A DNA stretch of 64,000 bases from Bacillota bacterium. Lineage in GTDB: Bacteria > Bacillota > Sulfobacillia > JACIYH01. Positions 20,010-30,343 of the stretch are shown here, piece after piece. The notes under the pieces were generated by a model. The model was not told the DNA's origin. It did no database searches and worked only from the letters and a program-made list of their open reading frames with translations. Position numbers and translations under genes: made by a program. The DNA is taken from contig JACIYH010000002.1 of the NCBI GenBank assembly GCA_014360055.1, forward strand, positions 38,673 through 102,672. The letters are read 5' to 3'. How positions within the stretch are numbered: the stretch's first letter is position 1; each line of letters starts with the position of its first letter.

Positions 20010-21347
20010 GTGCGCAGAGTCCTCATTGCTAACCGGGGCGAGATCGCGGTACGCATCATCCGCGCCTGTCGGGAACTGAACCTGGAAACGGTGGCGGTGT
20101 ATTCCGAGGCGGACGCCGCCTCACTGCATGTGAGGATGGCCGACGAAGCGGTGGCCATCGGGCCGCCCCCCGCCCTGCGTTCCTACCTGAACATACCCAG
20201 GCTGATGCAGGTGGCGGTGGATACCGGATGCGATGCCGTCCATCCCGGATACGGCTTTCTGTCCGAGAACCCGGCCTTCGCCCAGGTGTGCGAGGCCATG
20301 GGGATCACCTTCGTCGGCCCCTCCTCAGCAACACTCCGCCTACTGGGCGACAAGATAGCGGCCCGGGATCTGGCAGCCAGGGCGGGGGTTCCCGTGGTGC
20401 CCGGAAGTGCACGACCCCTGGTCTCCCTGGAGGAAGCCTGCGCGCTGGCGCGCCAGGTGGGGTATCCGGTACTCCTCAAAGCCCTGGCAGGAGGAGGCGG
20501 TCGGGGTATCCGACTGGTGCGGGACGAAGAGGGCCTGCGGCGCCGCTGGGAGCTGGCCGCGGAAGAAGCCCGCACGGCCTTCGGCTCCCCCGAACTGTAC
20601 CTGGAGAAGTACCTCGAGCACCCGCGTCACATAGAGATCCAGGTGTTGGCCGATGCCCGCGGCAACCTGGTACACCTGGGAGAGAGGGACTGCTCGCTGC
20701 AGAGGCGGCGGCAGAAGGTTCTGGAGGAGTGCCCTTCCCCGGCCCTGGATGAGGGGATGCGTCGCACCCTGGCCCGGGCAGCCCTGCGCATCATGCGGGC
20801 CGCCCGTTATCGGGGCGCCGGGACGGTGGAGTTCCTGGTGGCCGGCGACGCTTACTACTTCCTGGAGGTCAACGCGCGCATCCAGGTGGAACACCCGGTG
20901 ACGGAGATGGTGTGGGGAGTGGACCTGGTTCAGGAGCAACTGCGAATCGCGGCCGGACAGCCCCTGCGCTTCTCCCAGGGGGAACTGCGGCCGCGGGGGT
21001 GGGCCCTGGAGATGCGTATCTGTGCCGAGGACCCTGACGAGGACTTCCTCCCCTGCCCGGGTACACTGGTCGCCTACCGGCCTCCCGGGGGCCCGGGGGT
21101 GAGGGTGGACGACGGAGTTTACCCGGGGTGGACCATCCCGCCCCACTACGACTCCCTGCTTGCCAAGCTCACGGTGTGGGGGCCGACCCGGCAGGAGGCA
21201 GTGGCCCGTGCCCGCCGGGCCCTGCTGGAGTATGTGATCGAAGGGGTGCGCACCACCATCCCCCTGCACCTCCGCCTGCTGGACGACCCCTTCTTCCGTC
21301 GGGGGGAGGCCAGCACCGTGTACCTGGACCGCAGCGCCGACCCCTAG
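20010..21347 (+). CDS. accC: biotin carboxylase (acetyl-CoA carboxylase or pyruvate carboxylase subunit A); no adjacent BCCP gene
   Basis: VRRVLIANRGEIAVRIIRACRELNLETVAVYSEADAA...; ATP-grasp; 446 aa from GTG 20010. Confidence 0.92.
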   Translation: MRRVLIANRGEIAVRIIRACRELNLETVAVYSEADAASLHVRMADEAVAIGPPPALRSYLNIPRLMQVAVDTGCDAVHPGYGFLSENPAFAQVCEAMGITFVGPSSATLRLLGDKIAARDLAARAGVPVVPGSARPLVSLEEACALARQVGYPVLLKALAGGGGRGIRLVRDEEGLRRRWELAAEEARTAFGSPELYLEKYLEHPRHIEIQVLADARGNLVHLGERDCSLQRRRQKVLEECPSPALDEGMRRTLARAALRIMRAARYRGAGTVEFLVAGDAYYFLEVNARIQVEHPVTEMVWGVDLVQEQLRIAAGQPLRFSQGELRPRGWALEMRICAEDPDEDFLPCPGTLVAYRPPGGPGVRVDDGVYPGWTIPPHYDSLLAKLTVWGPTRQEAVARARRALLEYVIEGVRTTIPLHLRLLDDPFFRRGEASTVYLDRSADP

Positions 21348-21525
21348 CACCCCCGCCGTCCCCTACCGCCCCGCTCTTCCCATGTGCTCCGGGGGCCGCG
21401 TGCGCGGGCGGCGCCGCAGCGCCTGTGGGGCACGCCGTGCGCCGGCGCCACAGTCCCGCCGGTAGCCGCTCGCGGGGCACCTGTGCTATCATGGGGCGGG
21501 GCGGAAAGCGTACGGGGGGAATGAC

Positions 21526-21906
21526 GTGGCCGAAGGGGACAGGCCGGAAGCCACCATCAGAATTGCCGATGAGGCGGTGGCCACCGTGGCTGCCGTGGCC
21601 GCCACCGGGGTGGAAGGGGTAGCGGGGCTCTCGGCCGGCCTGGTGGGCGACCTCAGTTCGGCCCTGGGACGGCGGGGCGGACCCCGCGGCGTCAGGGTGG
21701 AGGTGGGTGAGCGGGAGGCCGCCGTTGACCTCTACCTGGTGGTCAGGTACGGGGTGCGTATACCCGAGGTGGCCCACCGGGTTCAACAGGCTGTGAAGAA
21801 GGCGGTCGAAGAGATGACCGACCTGAAGGTGGTGGAGGTCAACATCCACGTCCAGGGAGTAGTCTTCCCTCCGGTGCAAAAACCCGAGCGGGAGGGTTCG
21901 CCATGA
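21526..21906 (+). CDS. Asp23/Gls24 family alkaline-shock protein
   Basis: 126 aa; matches the Asp23 family; YqhY position. Confidence 0.85.
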   Translation: MAEGDRPEATIRIADEAVATVAAVAATGVEGVAGLSAGLVGDLSSALGRRGGPRGVRVEVGEREAAVDLYLVVRYGVRIPEVAHRVQQAVKKAVEEMTDLKVVEVNIHVQGVVFPPVQKPEREGSP

Positions 21907-22439
21907 GTCTGGCCGACCGGGTGTTCCTCACGTTTTACAGCCTTTGCCTGGCGGTGCTCTCGCTGTTGGTGGTGGCCATGGCCTCGGGCTGGGAAGGCCC
22001 CCTGTCGGGACTGCAGGCCGGGCTGGCCGACCCTCAGGGGCGGTGGATCCTGGGCATCCTGGGGGTACTGTTCTTTGCCTTTTCCGTGCGTTTCCTCACC
22101 CTGGGGGTGCGCAACCAGCGGGGGGCCAGGAGCGTGGTGCACGAGACCGCCATGGGGGACGTGAGCGTGTCCCTGGGTGCCATCGAGAATCTTGTGCGGC
22201 GGGTCGCCCGCCAGTGCACGGGGGTGCGCGACGTGCGCGGGTGGGTGCGCTACGGGGCAGCCGGCCTCTCCGTCCGCCTCCGGCTCATCGTCAGCCCGGA
22301 CGTCAACATCCCGAAGGCCAGTGAGGAAGTACAGAAGGCGGTGGCGGAGTACGTGCGCGACGTGGTGGGCGTGGGAGTCGCCGAGGTGCGGGTGATGGTG
22401 GAAAACATCGGCACCGAGCCGCGCCGGCGCGTGGAATAG
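21903..22439 (+). CDS. Asp23-associated membrane anchor protein (AmaP-like)
   Basis: 178 aa, N-terminal TM segments; directly downstream of the Asp23 gene. Confidence 0.7.
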   Translation: MSLADRVFLTFYSLCLAVLSLLVVAMASGWEGPLSGLQAGLADPQGRWILGILGVLFFAFSVRFLTLGVRNQRGARSVVHETAMGDVSVSLGAIENLVRRVARQCTGVRDVRGWVRYGAAGLSVRLRLIVSPDVNIPKASEEVQKAVAEYVRDVVGVGVAEVRVMVENIGTEPRRRVE

Positions 22440-22451
22440 GGCGGGTGTGAG

Positions 22452-22697
22452 GTGGCGGAAATGGCTCCCGAGTGGCTGCGGCAGGCCTGGCACATAATCC
22501 AGCCCCACAAGGGAAGGCTGATCGGGGCCGGGTGCGGCCTCACCTTCGCCCTGCTGGTGCACCACTACGGCTTCCTCTGGGCCGTATTCATCGCCATCTG
22601 CACGGGGGCGGGGTACTTCGTGGGGAAGCGTATCGACGAGGACAAGGAGCGCTGGCTGGAGATCCTGGAGAAATACCTGCCCCCGGGAAGGACGTGA
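22452..22697 (+). CDS. small membrane protein, DUF2273-like
   Basis: 81 aa; hydrophobic core GAGCGLTFALLVHHYGFLWAVFIAICTGAGYFVGK. Confidence 0.65.
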   Translation: MAEMAPEWLRQAWHIIQPHKGRLIGAGCGLTFALLVHHYGFLWAVFIAICTGAGYFVGKRIDEDKERWLEILEKYLPPGRT

Positions 22698-22707
22698 ACA
22701 CCGTTAC

Positions 22708-23130
22708 ATGGCGCGGCGCAAGGCACGCGAGGTAGCGCTCAAGGTCCTCTTCCAGATAGATCTGGGCAGGCACACCCTGGAGGGTGCCTGGCCCCTGGCG
22801 GTGGAGGGGGAGGTTCTGCCCGAGGCTTCGGCGTCGTTTGCACGGGAACTGGCTGCAGGGGCAGCTTCCCACCAGGCAGAGATCGACCGCCTCCTCTCGG
22901 AATGCTCCGAGGGGTGGAAGGTGAGCCGCATGGCGGGGGTGGACCGCAACATCCTGCGGCTGGCGGCGTACGAACTGCTCTACCGGCAGGACATCCCCGC
23001 CAGCGCCACCATCAACGAGGCGGTGGAACTGGCCAAGACCTACGGGACGGAAGAGTCGCCTCGCTTCGTGAACGGCGTGCTGGGAGAACTGGCCCGCCGC
23101 CTGGGCAGGGTGGCGGCGCCGGCGGGATGA
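22708..23130 (+). CDS. nusB: transcription antitermination factor NusB
   Basis: 140 aa; MARRKAREVALKVLFQIDLG...ILRLAAYELLY... Confidence 0.93.
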   Translation: MARRKAREVALKVLFQIDLGRHTLEGAWPLAVEGEVLPEASASFARELAAGAASHQAEIDRLLSECSEGWKVSRMAGVDRNILRLAAYELLYRQDIPASATINEAVELAKTYGTEESPRFVNGVLGELARRLGRVAAPAG

Positions 23131-24182
23131 TACAGGGTATTCTGGCGCTGGATACTTCCTGCTACACGACCTCCTGCGCCCTGGTTGAGGTCTCGGGGCG
23201 GGCGCGGGCGGACCTGCGCCTGCCCCTGCCGGTGCCACCGGGCGGCCGGGGGCTGCGCCAGGCGGAAGCGGTGTTCCACCACCTGGTGCAGTTGCCGCGT
23301 CTGGTGGAAGAGGTTATGGGGGTTGCCCGGCGGGAGAACGTGCGCGTGACGGCGGTGGCGGCCAGCACCCGGCCGCGGCCGCCCCGGGATTCCTACCTGC
23401 CCGTGTTCCGGGTGGGTGAGGGGTTCGGCCGCGCAGTGGCGGCCGCACTGGGCGTGCCCTTTGTGGAACTGTCCCACCAGGAGGGCCACCTGGGTGCCGT
23501 GTGGAACCCCGGCCTGCCCGACACCGTGCTGGCCCTGCACGTGTCGGGCGGGACCACCGAGTTGCTGCGCCTGCAGGGTGGAGCGGCCCGGGAAGCCGTG
23601 TCCCTGGGCACCAGCCTGGACCTTCACGCCGGTCAGTTCCTGGACCGGGTGGGAGTGGCCATGGGGTTGCCCTTCCCGGCCGGGGCTCACCTGGACCGCC
23701 TGGCCACGGCGGCATCCGGCGACCGGGAAGCATCCCCGTCGCCGGCCCCGGGCGCCAGCGGGGGTCCCACCTCACCGGGCGGGCAGCCGGGCGGCGTCCC
23801 CGAGGTAGCGATCCCGGTCGCGGTGCGGGGTTACCGGCCCAGCTTCGCCGGACCGGAGGCGGCCGCCCTGCGCCTCATCGCCCAGGGGACGGCGCCCGCC
23901 CTGGTGGCGCGGGCGGCGCTCCTGTGCGTGGCCAGGGCCCTGGAGAAAATGGTTCTGGCCGCCCTGGAAGCGGGCGAACCACCCGTGGTCCTGGTAGTGG
24001 GTGGGGTGGCCGCATCGGCCCTGGTGCGCGACCGCCTGCACCACCGCCTGGGCCACCCGGCCGTGGGGGTGCGCCTGCACTTCCCGCCCCCCGAACTGTG
24101 CACGGACAACGCAGTGGGCGTGGGCCGGTGGGCAGCGGGGAGCCCGGTGCGGAAAGGACTTGATGGGGACGGCGTCGAATAG
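23127..24182 (+). CDS. Kae1/TsaD/YgjD-family protein (t6A synthase family paralog)
   Basis: ILALDTSCYTTSCALVE, HQEGH metal motif, GYRPSFAGPE, VLVVGGVAAS, CTDNAV; SGGH is SGGT here; Pro/Gly-rich insertion; ATG overlaps the nusB stop. Confidence 0.65.
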   Translation: MIQGILALDTSCYTTSCALVEVSGRARADLRLPLPVPPGGRGLRQAEAVFHHLVQLPRLVEEVMGVARRENVRVTAVAASTRPRPPRDSYLPVFRVGEGFGRAVAAALGVPFVELSHQEGHLGAVWNPGLPDTVLALHVSGGTTELLRLQGGAAREAVSLGTSLDLHAGQFLDRVGVAMGLPFPAGAHLDRLATAASGDREASPSPAPGASGGPTSPGGQPGGVPEVAIPVAVRGYRPSFAGPEAAALRLIAQGTAPALVARAALLCVARALEKMVLAALEAGEPPVVLVVGGVAASALVRDRLHHRLGHPAVGVRLHFPPPELCTDNAVGVGRWAAGSPVRKGLDGDGVE

Positions 24183-24266
24183 CGGTGGGGATTGGGGGTG
24201 GCCAACCCCGGCTTTTTTGCGTTACCTTGTGAAGGGTGTAACTGACACAGCGGGAGGGGTGGTTTG

Positions 24267-25109
24267 GTGTTCCGTATTCGGAAGAAGCGCGTGCTGACGC
24301 CGGTCACCGTACTGTTCGAGGTGGAGGCCCCCCTGGTCTGCCGTCACGCCCAACCGGGGCAGTTCGTGATCGTCAGGCTGGGGGAGAAATCCGAGCGCAT
24401 CCCGCTCACCATCATGGAAGCACGGGACGGGGTGCTGAGCATCGTCATCCAGGCGGTGGGCAAGAGCACCCGGGAACTCATCGGCCTGGGCGAGGGTGAC
24501 GCCCTCGCCGACGTGGTGGGTCCCCTGGGTCAGCCCTGCCCCCTGCGTGACAGCGGCACCGTGGCGGTGGTGGGAGGGGGGTTCGGTGTGGCCCCCATCA
24601 TCCCCATCGCGCGCGCCCTGCACGACCGGGGCGTGCACGTGATCGCCATCAACGGGGCGCGCACCGCCGAACTCCTCATCCTGGAGGACGAACTCCGGGC
24701 GGTGAGCGATCGCTACCTGGTATCAACCAATGACGGTTCAAAGGGCGTGCAGGGGATGGTCACGGACGTGCTCAGGCAACTCATCGACCAGGGGGAGCAC
24801 CTGGACGAGGTGATCGCCATCGGTCCCATGGTGATGATGCGGGCGGTGGCGGAGGTGACCAGGCCCCACGGCATCCGCACCCTGGTGAGCCTGGACCCCA
24901 TCATGGTGGACGGCACGGGGATGTGCGGGGTGTGCCGGGTGAGCGTGGGTGGCGAGACGCGCTTTGCCTGTGTGGACGGACCCATCTTCGACGCCCACCA
25001 GGTCGATTTCGATCTGGCCGTGCGCCGGGGACACATGTACGATTCCGAGCAGAAGGTGGCCCTGGAACACTACGAGAAATGCCGCTGCCACGGTGGAGGT
25101 GAGGCCTGA
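24267..25109 (+). CDS. nfnA: NfnA/SudB-type ferredoxin-NADP+ reductase subunit (FAD/[2Fe-2S])
   Basis: MFRIRKKRVLTP... from GTG 24267; C-terminal Cys cluster CGVCRVSVGGETRFACVDGPIF. Confidence 0.85.
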   Translation: MFRIRKKRVLTPVTVLFEVEAPLVCRHAQPGQFVIVRLGEKSERIPLTIMEARDGVLSIVIQAVGKSTRELIGLGEGDALADVVGPLGQPCPLRDSGTVAVVGGGFGVAPIIPIARALHDRGVHVIAINGARTAELLILEDELRAVSDRYLVSTNDGSKGVQGMVTDVLRQLIDQGEHLDEVIAIGPMVMMRAVAEVTRPHGIRTLVSLDPIMVDGTGMCGVCRVSVGGETRFACVDGPIFDAHQVDFDLAVRRGHMYDSEQKVALEHYEKCRCHGGGEA

Positions 25110-26509
25110 TGGCGCTGCGCAAGACCAAGGTACCCATGCCCGAGCAACCTCCCGAGGAACGCATCCGTAATTTTCGCGAGGTGGCACTGGGCCTTACCCC
25201 CGAGCTGGCGCAGGAGGAGGCGGAACGCTGCCTGCAGTGCAAAAATCCCGCGTGCGAGCAAGGGTGTCCGGTCAACGTACGCATCAAGGAGTTCATCGGT
25301 AAGCTCCGCGGGGGCGACCTGGAAGGCGCTTACCGCAGCATCTGGTCGACCAACATCCTGCCTTCTATCTGCGGACGGGTGTGCCCGCAGGAAGAGCAGT
25401 GCGAGAAGTACTGCCTGATGGGCAAGAAGAATGAGCCGGTGGCCATCGGGCGCCTCGAGCGCTACCTGGGCGACTGGGCCCGGGAGCAGGGGTTGACCCT
25501 GGCCGAGAAGGCACCGCCCAACGGCAAGAAGGTGGCGGTGGTGGGTTCGGGACCGGCCGGACTCACCTGCGCCAGTGACCTGGCCCAGAAGGGCTATGAC
25601 GTAACGATATTCGAGGCCCTGCACGTTCCCGGTGGCGTGCTCATGTACGGCATTCCCGAGTTCCGCCTGCCCAAGGCGGTGGTACAGGCGGAGATAGACG
25701 GGCTGCGGCGCCTGGGCGTGGAGATCAGGACGGACGTGGTGGTGGGCAAGACGCTCACCGTGGATGACCTTTTCGCCGACGGTTACCGGGCCGTGTTCTT
25801 GGGCACGGGGGCGGGCCTGCCCAACTTCCTGGGCATCCCGGGCGAGAACCTGTGCGGGGTGTACTCGGCCAACGAGTTCCTCACCCGCATCAACCTCATG
25901 AAGGGGTACCTGTTCCCCGAGTACGACACGCCGGTGAAGTGCGGCCGCCGGGTGGCGGTGGTCGGGGCCGGGAACGTGGCCATGGACGCCGCCCGCTGTG
26001 CCCTGCGGCTGGGCCCGGACAAAGTCTACATCGTTTACCGGCGCACCTGGGACGAGATGCCCGCCCGCCGGGAGGAGATCCACCACGCCAAAGAAGAGGG
26101 CATCGAGTTCCACCTGCTCACCGCCCCCATCGAAATCCTGGGGGACGAACAGGGCTGGGTGAGGGGCATGGTCTGCCAGCGCATGGAGCTGGGTGAGCCC
26201 GATGCCTCCGGGCGCCGGCGGCCGGTACCCATTCCGGGGAGCGAGTACCAGCTGGACGTGGACACGGTCATCGTGGCCATCGGCACCACGCCCAATCCGC
26301 TGGTGGCACGTTCCACCCCCGGGCTCCAGACCACCAGGTGGGGCGGGTTGATCATCGACGAGGAGACGGGCATGACCACCCGGCCGGGGGTGTTCGCCGG
26401 GGGGGACAGCGTGACGGGGGCGGCCACGGTGATCCTGGCCATGGGCGCGGGGCGCCGCGCCGCTGCAGGCATCGATCGCTATCTTTCCGAAGGGGGGAAA
26501 GAGGGATGA
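25109..26509 (+). CDS. nfnB: NfnB/SudA/GltD-type NAD(P)H oxidoreductase subunit (2x[4Fe-4S], FAD)
   Basis: 466 aa; [37 protein letters not shown]; ATG overlaps the nfnA stop. Confidence 0.88.
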   Translation: MALRKTKVPMPEQPPEERIRNFREVALGLTPELAQEEAERCLQCKNPACEQGCPVNVRIKEFIGKLRGGDLEGAYRSIWSTNILPSICGRVCPQEEQCEKYCLMGKKNEPVAIGRLERYLGDWAREQGLTLAEKAPPNGKKVAVVGSGPAGLTCASDLAQKGYDVTIFEALHVPGGVLMYGIPEFRLPKAVVQAEIDGLRRLGVEIRTDVVVGKTLTVDDLFADGYRAVFLGTGAGLPNFLGIPGENLCGVYSANEFLTRINLMKGYLFPEYDTPVKCGRRVAVVGAGNVAMDAARCALRLGPDKVYIVYRRTWDEMPARREEIHHAKEEGIEFHLLTAPIEILGDEQGWVRGMVCQRMELGEPDASGRRRPVPIPGSEYQLDVDTVIVAIGTTPNPLVARSTPGLQTTRWGGLIIDEETGMTTRPGVFAGGDSVTGAATVILAMGAGRRAAAGIDRYLSEGGKEG

Positions 26510-27360
26510 GTGCACGCATCATCGATGGCAAGGCCGTAGCCGAGGAAGTGCGCGCCGGAGTCCGGGAGGAAGTGGCCCGCCTCAAGCAGCAGGGCATCTT
26601 GCCCGGGCTGGCGGTCATCCTGGTGGGGGACGATCCCGCCTCCAAGACTTACGTGCGCAATAAGGAGCGGGCCAGCAAGGACGCCGGCATCCATTCGGAG
26701 GTATACCGCCTGCCCGCCGACACGCCGGAGCACGAGGTGCTGCGCCTGATCGGCGAACTCAACGCCCGGCCGGAGATCTCGGGCATCCTGCTCCAGCACC
26801 CGGTGCCGGGGCACATTGACGAGCGCCGCTGCTTCGACGCCATCAGCCCGGAAAAGGACGTCGACGGCTTCCACCCCGTGAACCAGGGGCGGTTGCTCAT
26901 CGGCGAGAGGTGCTTCGTCCCCTGCACGCCCCGGGGGATCCTGCACCTGCTCGACCACACCGGGGTGGAACTGAAGGGTAAGCGAGCAGTGGTGGTGGGG
27001 CGGTCCAACATCGTGGGCAAGCCGGTGGCCCTGCTGCTCCTCTCCCGCCACGCCACCGTCACCATCTGCCACTCCCGCACGCAGGACCTGGCTGCGGAAA
27101 CGCGCGCCGCCGACGTGCTGGTGGTGGCCATCGGTAAGGCGCGGGCGGTCCGGGGTGACATGATCAAGCCGGGGGCGGTGGTCATCGACGTGGGGGTGAA
27201 CCCCGAAGACGGCAAGCTGGTGGGTGACGTGGACTTCGAGTCGGCGGTGGAGGTGGCTTCCGCCATCACCCCGGTACCCGGGGGCGTGGGTCCCATGACC
27301 ATCGCCATGCTGCTGCAGAACACCGTGGAGGCGGCCCGGAGGCAGGCCGGCCTGGAGTGA
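26506..27360 (+). CDS. folD: bifunctional methylenetetrahydrofolate dehydrogenase / methenyl-THF cyclohydrolase
   Basis: [23 protein letters not shown]...; ATG 26506 overlaps the nfnB stop; in-frame part of ORF 26338..27360. Confidence 0.93.
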   Translation: MSARIIDGKAVAEEVRAGVREEVARLKQQGILPGLAVILVGDDPASKTYVRNKERASKDAGIHSEVYRLPADTPEHEVLRLIGELNARPEISGILLQHPVPGHIDERRCFDAISPEKDVDGFHPVNQGRLLIGERCFVPCTPRGILHLLDHTGVELKGKRAVVVGRSNIVGKPVALLLLSRHATVTICHSRTQDLAAETRAADVLVVAIGKARAVRGDMIKPGAVVIDVGVNPEDGKLVGDVDFESAVEVASAITPVPGGVGPMTIAMLLQNTVEAARRQAGLE

Positions 27361-27412
27361 GCCGGGTACTCGCGGGGTCAGGCCCCCGCGACGCAGATGC
27401 GGGAGTGAAGTG

Positions 27413-28654
27413 ATGGCCTGGAGGGTTGCGCCCACCAGGGCGGAGAGCAGGGTGTGGCGGGTGAGCGAGATCACCCGCCACATCAGGCAGGTGCTGGAAA
27501 GCGAGGCTCCCCTGCGGGATACCTGGGTGCGCGGGGAGGTGGCAAATTTCAAACGCCACTCCCGCGGCCACCTCTATTTCTCCCTGCGGGACAGCGAGGC
27601 GCGGCTGGCCTGCGTGATGTTCGCCTCGCGAGCCGCCCTGCTGCCCTTCGCCCCCGCCAATGGCATGGCGGTCATCTGCCGGGGATCCATCGGGGTGTTC
27701 GAGCGGGACGGTGTGTACCAGCTTTACGTGGAGGAGATCCAGCCCGATGGGGTGGGCTCTCTCTGGCAGGCCCTGGAGGAACTCAGGCGCCGCCTCGAGC
27801 GGGAGGGCCTTTTTGCGGTTGAACGCAAGCGCCGCCTGCCCCGCGTCCCGCGCCGGGTGGCGGTGATCACCTCGCCCACCGGGGCGGTAATCCGCGACAT
27901 CGTGCGGGTGGCAGGACGGCGTTTCCCCGGCTTCAACCTGCTGCTGGTGCCGGTGCAGGTGCAGGGTATCGACGCGCCCGCCGAGATCGCTGCCGCCCTC
28001 GACCTGGTGAACCGGCATCGCCTGGCCGAGGTGATCATCGTCGCGCGGGGTGGGGGCTCCATGGAGGAACTGTGGACCTTCAACACTGAAGAGGTGGCTC
28101 GCGCCATATTCCGCTCGGCCATCCCCGTGGTCTCGGCGGTGGGGCACGAGTCAGACTTCACCATCGCCGACCTGGTGGCGGACGTGCGGGCGGCTACTCC
28201 CTCCCATGCGGCGGAACTGGTGGTACCCGACCGCAGGTACGAAGAGGGTGTGCTCACCTCCCTGGAGGAGCGTCTGGCCCTCGCCCTGCGCGGGCGCCTG
28301 GAGCGGTGGCGGAGGCGGGTGGAGGATCTGGCCCGGCGTCCCTGCCTGGATCGGCCCGCCGAGATGGTTTGGCAGCGGCGACAGGTCCTGGACGGGCTGG
28401 AGGACAGGCTGGCCCTGGCCGCGGAGAACCGGCTGCGGGCGTACCGCCTCGTGCTGCAGGGTCTGGGCGGGCGGATGGGTGCCCTGGATCCCCGGGCGGT
28501 CCTGGCCAGGGGTTACGCCATCTGCTACCGGCTGCCCGGGCGCCGGGTGGTGGGGAGCGTAGATCAGGTGGCGGTGCGCGACCGGGTGGCAGTGCGGCTC
28601 CGGGACGGAGAACTGGCGTGCACCGTGGAAGGCACGCGGGGGGATGAACGGTGA
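27413..28654 (+). CDS. xseA: exodeoxyribonuclease VII large subunit
   Basis: 414 aa; N-terminal OB fold plus catalytic domain. Confidence 0.92.
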   Translation: MAWRVAPTRAESRVWRVSEITRHIRQVLESEAPLRDTWVRGEVANFKRHSRGHLYFSLRDSEARLACVMFASRAALLPFAPANGMAVICRGSIGVFERDGVYQLYVEEIQPDGVGSLWQALEELRRRLEREGLFAVERKRRLPRVPRRVAVITSPTGAVIRDIVRVAGRRFPGFNLLLVPVQVQGIDAPAEIAAALDLVNRHRLAEVIIVARGGGSMEELWTFNTEEVARAIFRSAIPVVSAVGHESDFTIADLVADVRAATPSHAAELVVPDRRYEEGVLTSLEERLALALRGRLERWRRRVEDLARRPCLDRPAEMVWQRRQVLDGLEDRLALAAENRLRAYRLVLQGLGGRMGALDPRAVLARGYAICYRLPGRRVVGSVDQVAVRDRVAVRLRDGELACTVEGTRGDER

Positions 28655-28956
28655 AGGAGCCTCCCGAACCCAGTTTCGAAGAAGCCCTCGCCCAGCTGGA
28701 GAGCATCGTGCGCACCCTGGAGCAGGGCAACACCGGCCTGGAGGAATCGCTCCGGCTGTTCGAGGAAGGCACCAGGCTCCTCGGCCTCTGCCACCGTCGC
28801 CTGGACGAAGCCGAGGGCCGGGTGGCCAAACTGATAAGGGGGGAAGGAGGGGATGTGCGCGAGGAACCCTGGGCGGAAGGACATGGAAGCAGCCCGGATG
28901 ATGCGGGATTGGCTGGCCCGGGTGGAGCAGCGCCTGGGGGAGGTCCTGCCCGGTGA
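28651..28956 (+). CDS. xseB: exodeoxyribonuclease VII small subunit (C-terminal Gly/Pro extension)
   Basis: EPSFEEALAQLESIVRTLEQGNTGLEESLRLFEEGTRLLGLCHRRLDEAE; the 3' end overlaps the ispA start. Confidence 0.88.
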   Translation: MKEPPEPSFEEALAQLESIVRTLEQGNTGLEESLRLFEEGTRLLGLCHRRLDEAEGRVAKLIRGEGGDVREEPWAEGHGSSPDDAGLAGPGGAAPGGGPAR

Positions 28957-29719
28957 AGGCGGGCAGCCCCGGGAACTGCACGCCGCCATGCGCTATGCCG
29001 TCTTTCCGGGAGGAAAGCGGCTGCGACCCCTGCTGGTGATGGCCGCTGCCCACCTGGGGGAAAGGGCGCCCGAGGCGGTGGACGCCGCCTGCGCGGTGGA
29101 ACTGGTGCACTCCTATTCCCTCGTGCACGACGACCTGCCCTGCATGGACGACGACGACCTGCGCCGGGGGCGCCCGTCCTGTCACCGCGTCTTCGGTCAG
29201 GTGGTGGCCCTCCTGGCCGGAAATGCCCTCCTCTCCCTCGCCTTCGAGGTGCTCGCCTCCTATCCGGGAGATCTCGGCTGCCAGCTGGTGCGCGAGTTGT
29301 CCCGGGCCTGCGGTCCCCAGGGGCTGGCGGGAGGGCAGGTGGGAGATCTCCTCTGGGAGGTCAACGAGGAGAACTACCTGTTCGTCATTGGGGCCAAGAC
29401 GGCCGCCCTCTTCCGGGCCTCCCTGCGCATGGGCGGGCTGGTGGCCGGGCTTGACCCCGCCACCATGGCCGTGCTGGATCGCTGCGGCCTCCACCTGGGG
29501 ATGGCATTTCAGATCAGGGATGACCTGGCGGATCGGCCGGCTGGGGAGGGTCCGGTGGGCATGAACGCGCTGGCGGTATGGGGCGAAGAGGGTGCGCGCG
29601 CCCGCGCGCGTGAAGAAGCGCGCGCGTTGGCCGATGCCGTGCGCTCGTTGGGCGTGAGAAACTCCATGCTGCAGCATATCGCCGAACTGGCGGTCGGCTC
29701 CGACCCGCAGCCTATTTGA
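28853..29719 (+). CDS. ispA: farnesyl diphosphate synthase
   Basis: LVHDDLPCMDDDDLRRGRP (first DDxxD) and FQIRDDLAD (second); start could be 28853, 28883 or 28898. Confidence 0.9.
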   Translation: MCARNPGRKDMEAARMMRDWLARVEQRLGEVLPGEGGQPRELHAAMRYAVFPGGKRLRPLLVMAAAHLGERAPEAVDAACAVELVHSYSLVHDDLPCMDDDDLRRGRPSCHRVFGQVVALLAGNALLSLAFEVLASYPGDLGCQLVRELSRACGPQGLAGGQVGDLLWEVNEENYLFVIGAKTAALFRASLRMGGLVAGLDPATMAVLDRCGLHLGMAFQIRDDLADRPAGEGPVGMNALAVWGEEGARARAREEARALADAVRSLGVRNSMLQHIAELAVGSDPQPI

Positions 29720-30343
29720 TTGGCGGGTGCAGCCGTGTTATATTGATGGTGCACAACTTTTGCGGCAGGTGGCGCAGTATCCTAGTCGGTGCCCCCATCT
29801 CTGAAGACGGGCCTAAAAATCCGTCGCGGGCACATCGATGAAGCCCCTGGTTCTGGCTTGTGACGCCCAGTCGTGGGCCGGGGCTGGGGGAATGGGGAAG
29901 GGGCGATCTACAACGGCATGTAGGCGTAGACCCTATCCCCGCGGAGGCCCGGGTACGCAGGTGAACTCTGCGGCCCGGGGACGACCTGCATTCGGCCGGC
30001 AAGCTGGGTGCAGTGTAGCCCGCCTTGAGTGGGCGGGGAGATGGCAGGTTCAGCTTCTTGCCGGTGGGCCCGCCGGCGGAAGCGGTGCTGCCCGAAACCC
30101 CGTCTGCAAAAGAGGCTAGGAGATGACGGGTGCTGTCGAGGAAAACTCCTAGGCTGTTTCCACCGGGGAGGCCGGGCGGGGATTGCAGTGTGTGCTCAGT
30201 GGTGATCCAGCGCCGTGGTGGGTGACGCCACGGGGCGGGACGTAAAGGGAAACCGCCCGGGCGGCGACGCCCGGGTGTCCCGTAGGGAAAGCCTGCTGGA
30301 CCTAAGCCACAACCTTTACCCGCCCGGTTGCCACCTGCCCACC

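Noticed and set aside
29760-29850. tRNA-like start GGTGGCGCAGT...GGTTC in the ispA-dxs spacer
   Set aside because: No acceptable cloverleaf. The D-loop and T-loop consensus (GGTTCGAATCC) is not met and there is no matching acceptor 3' strand.
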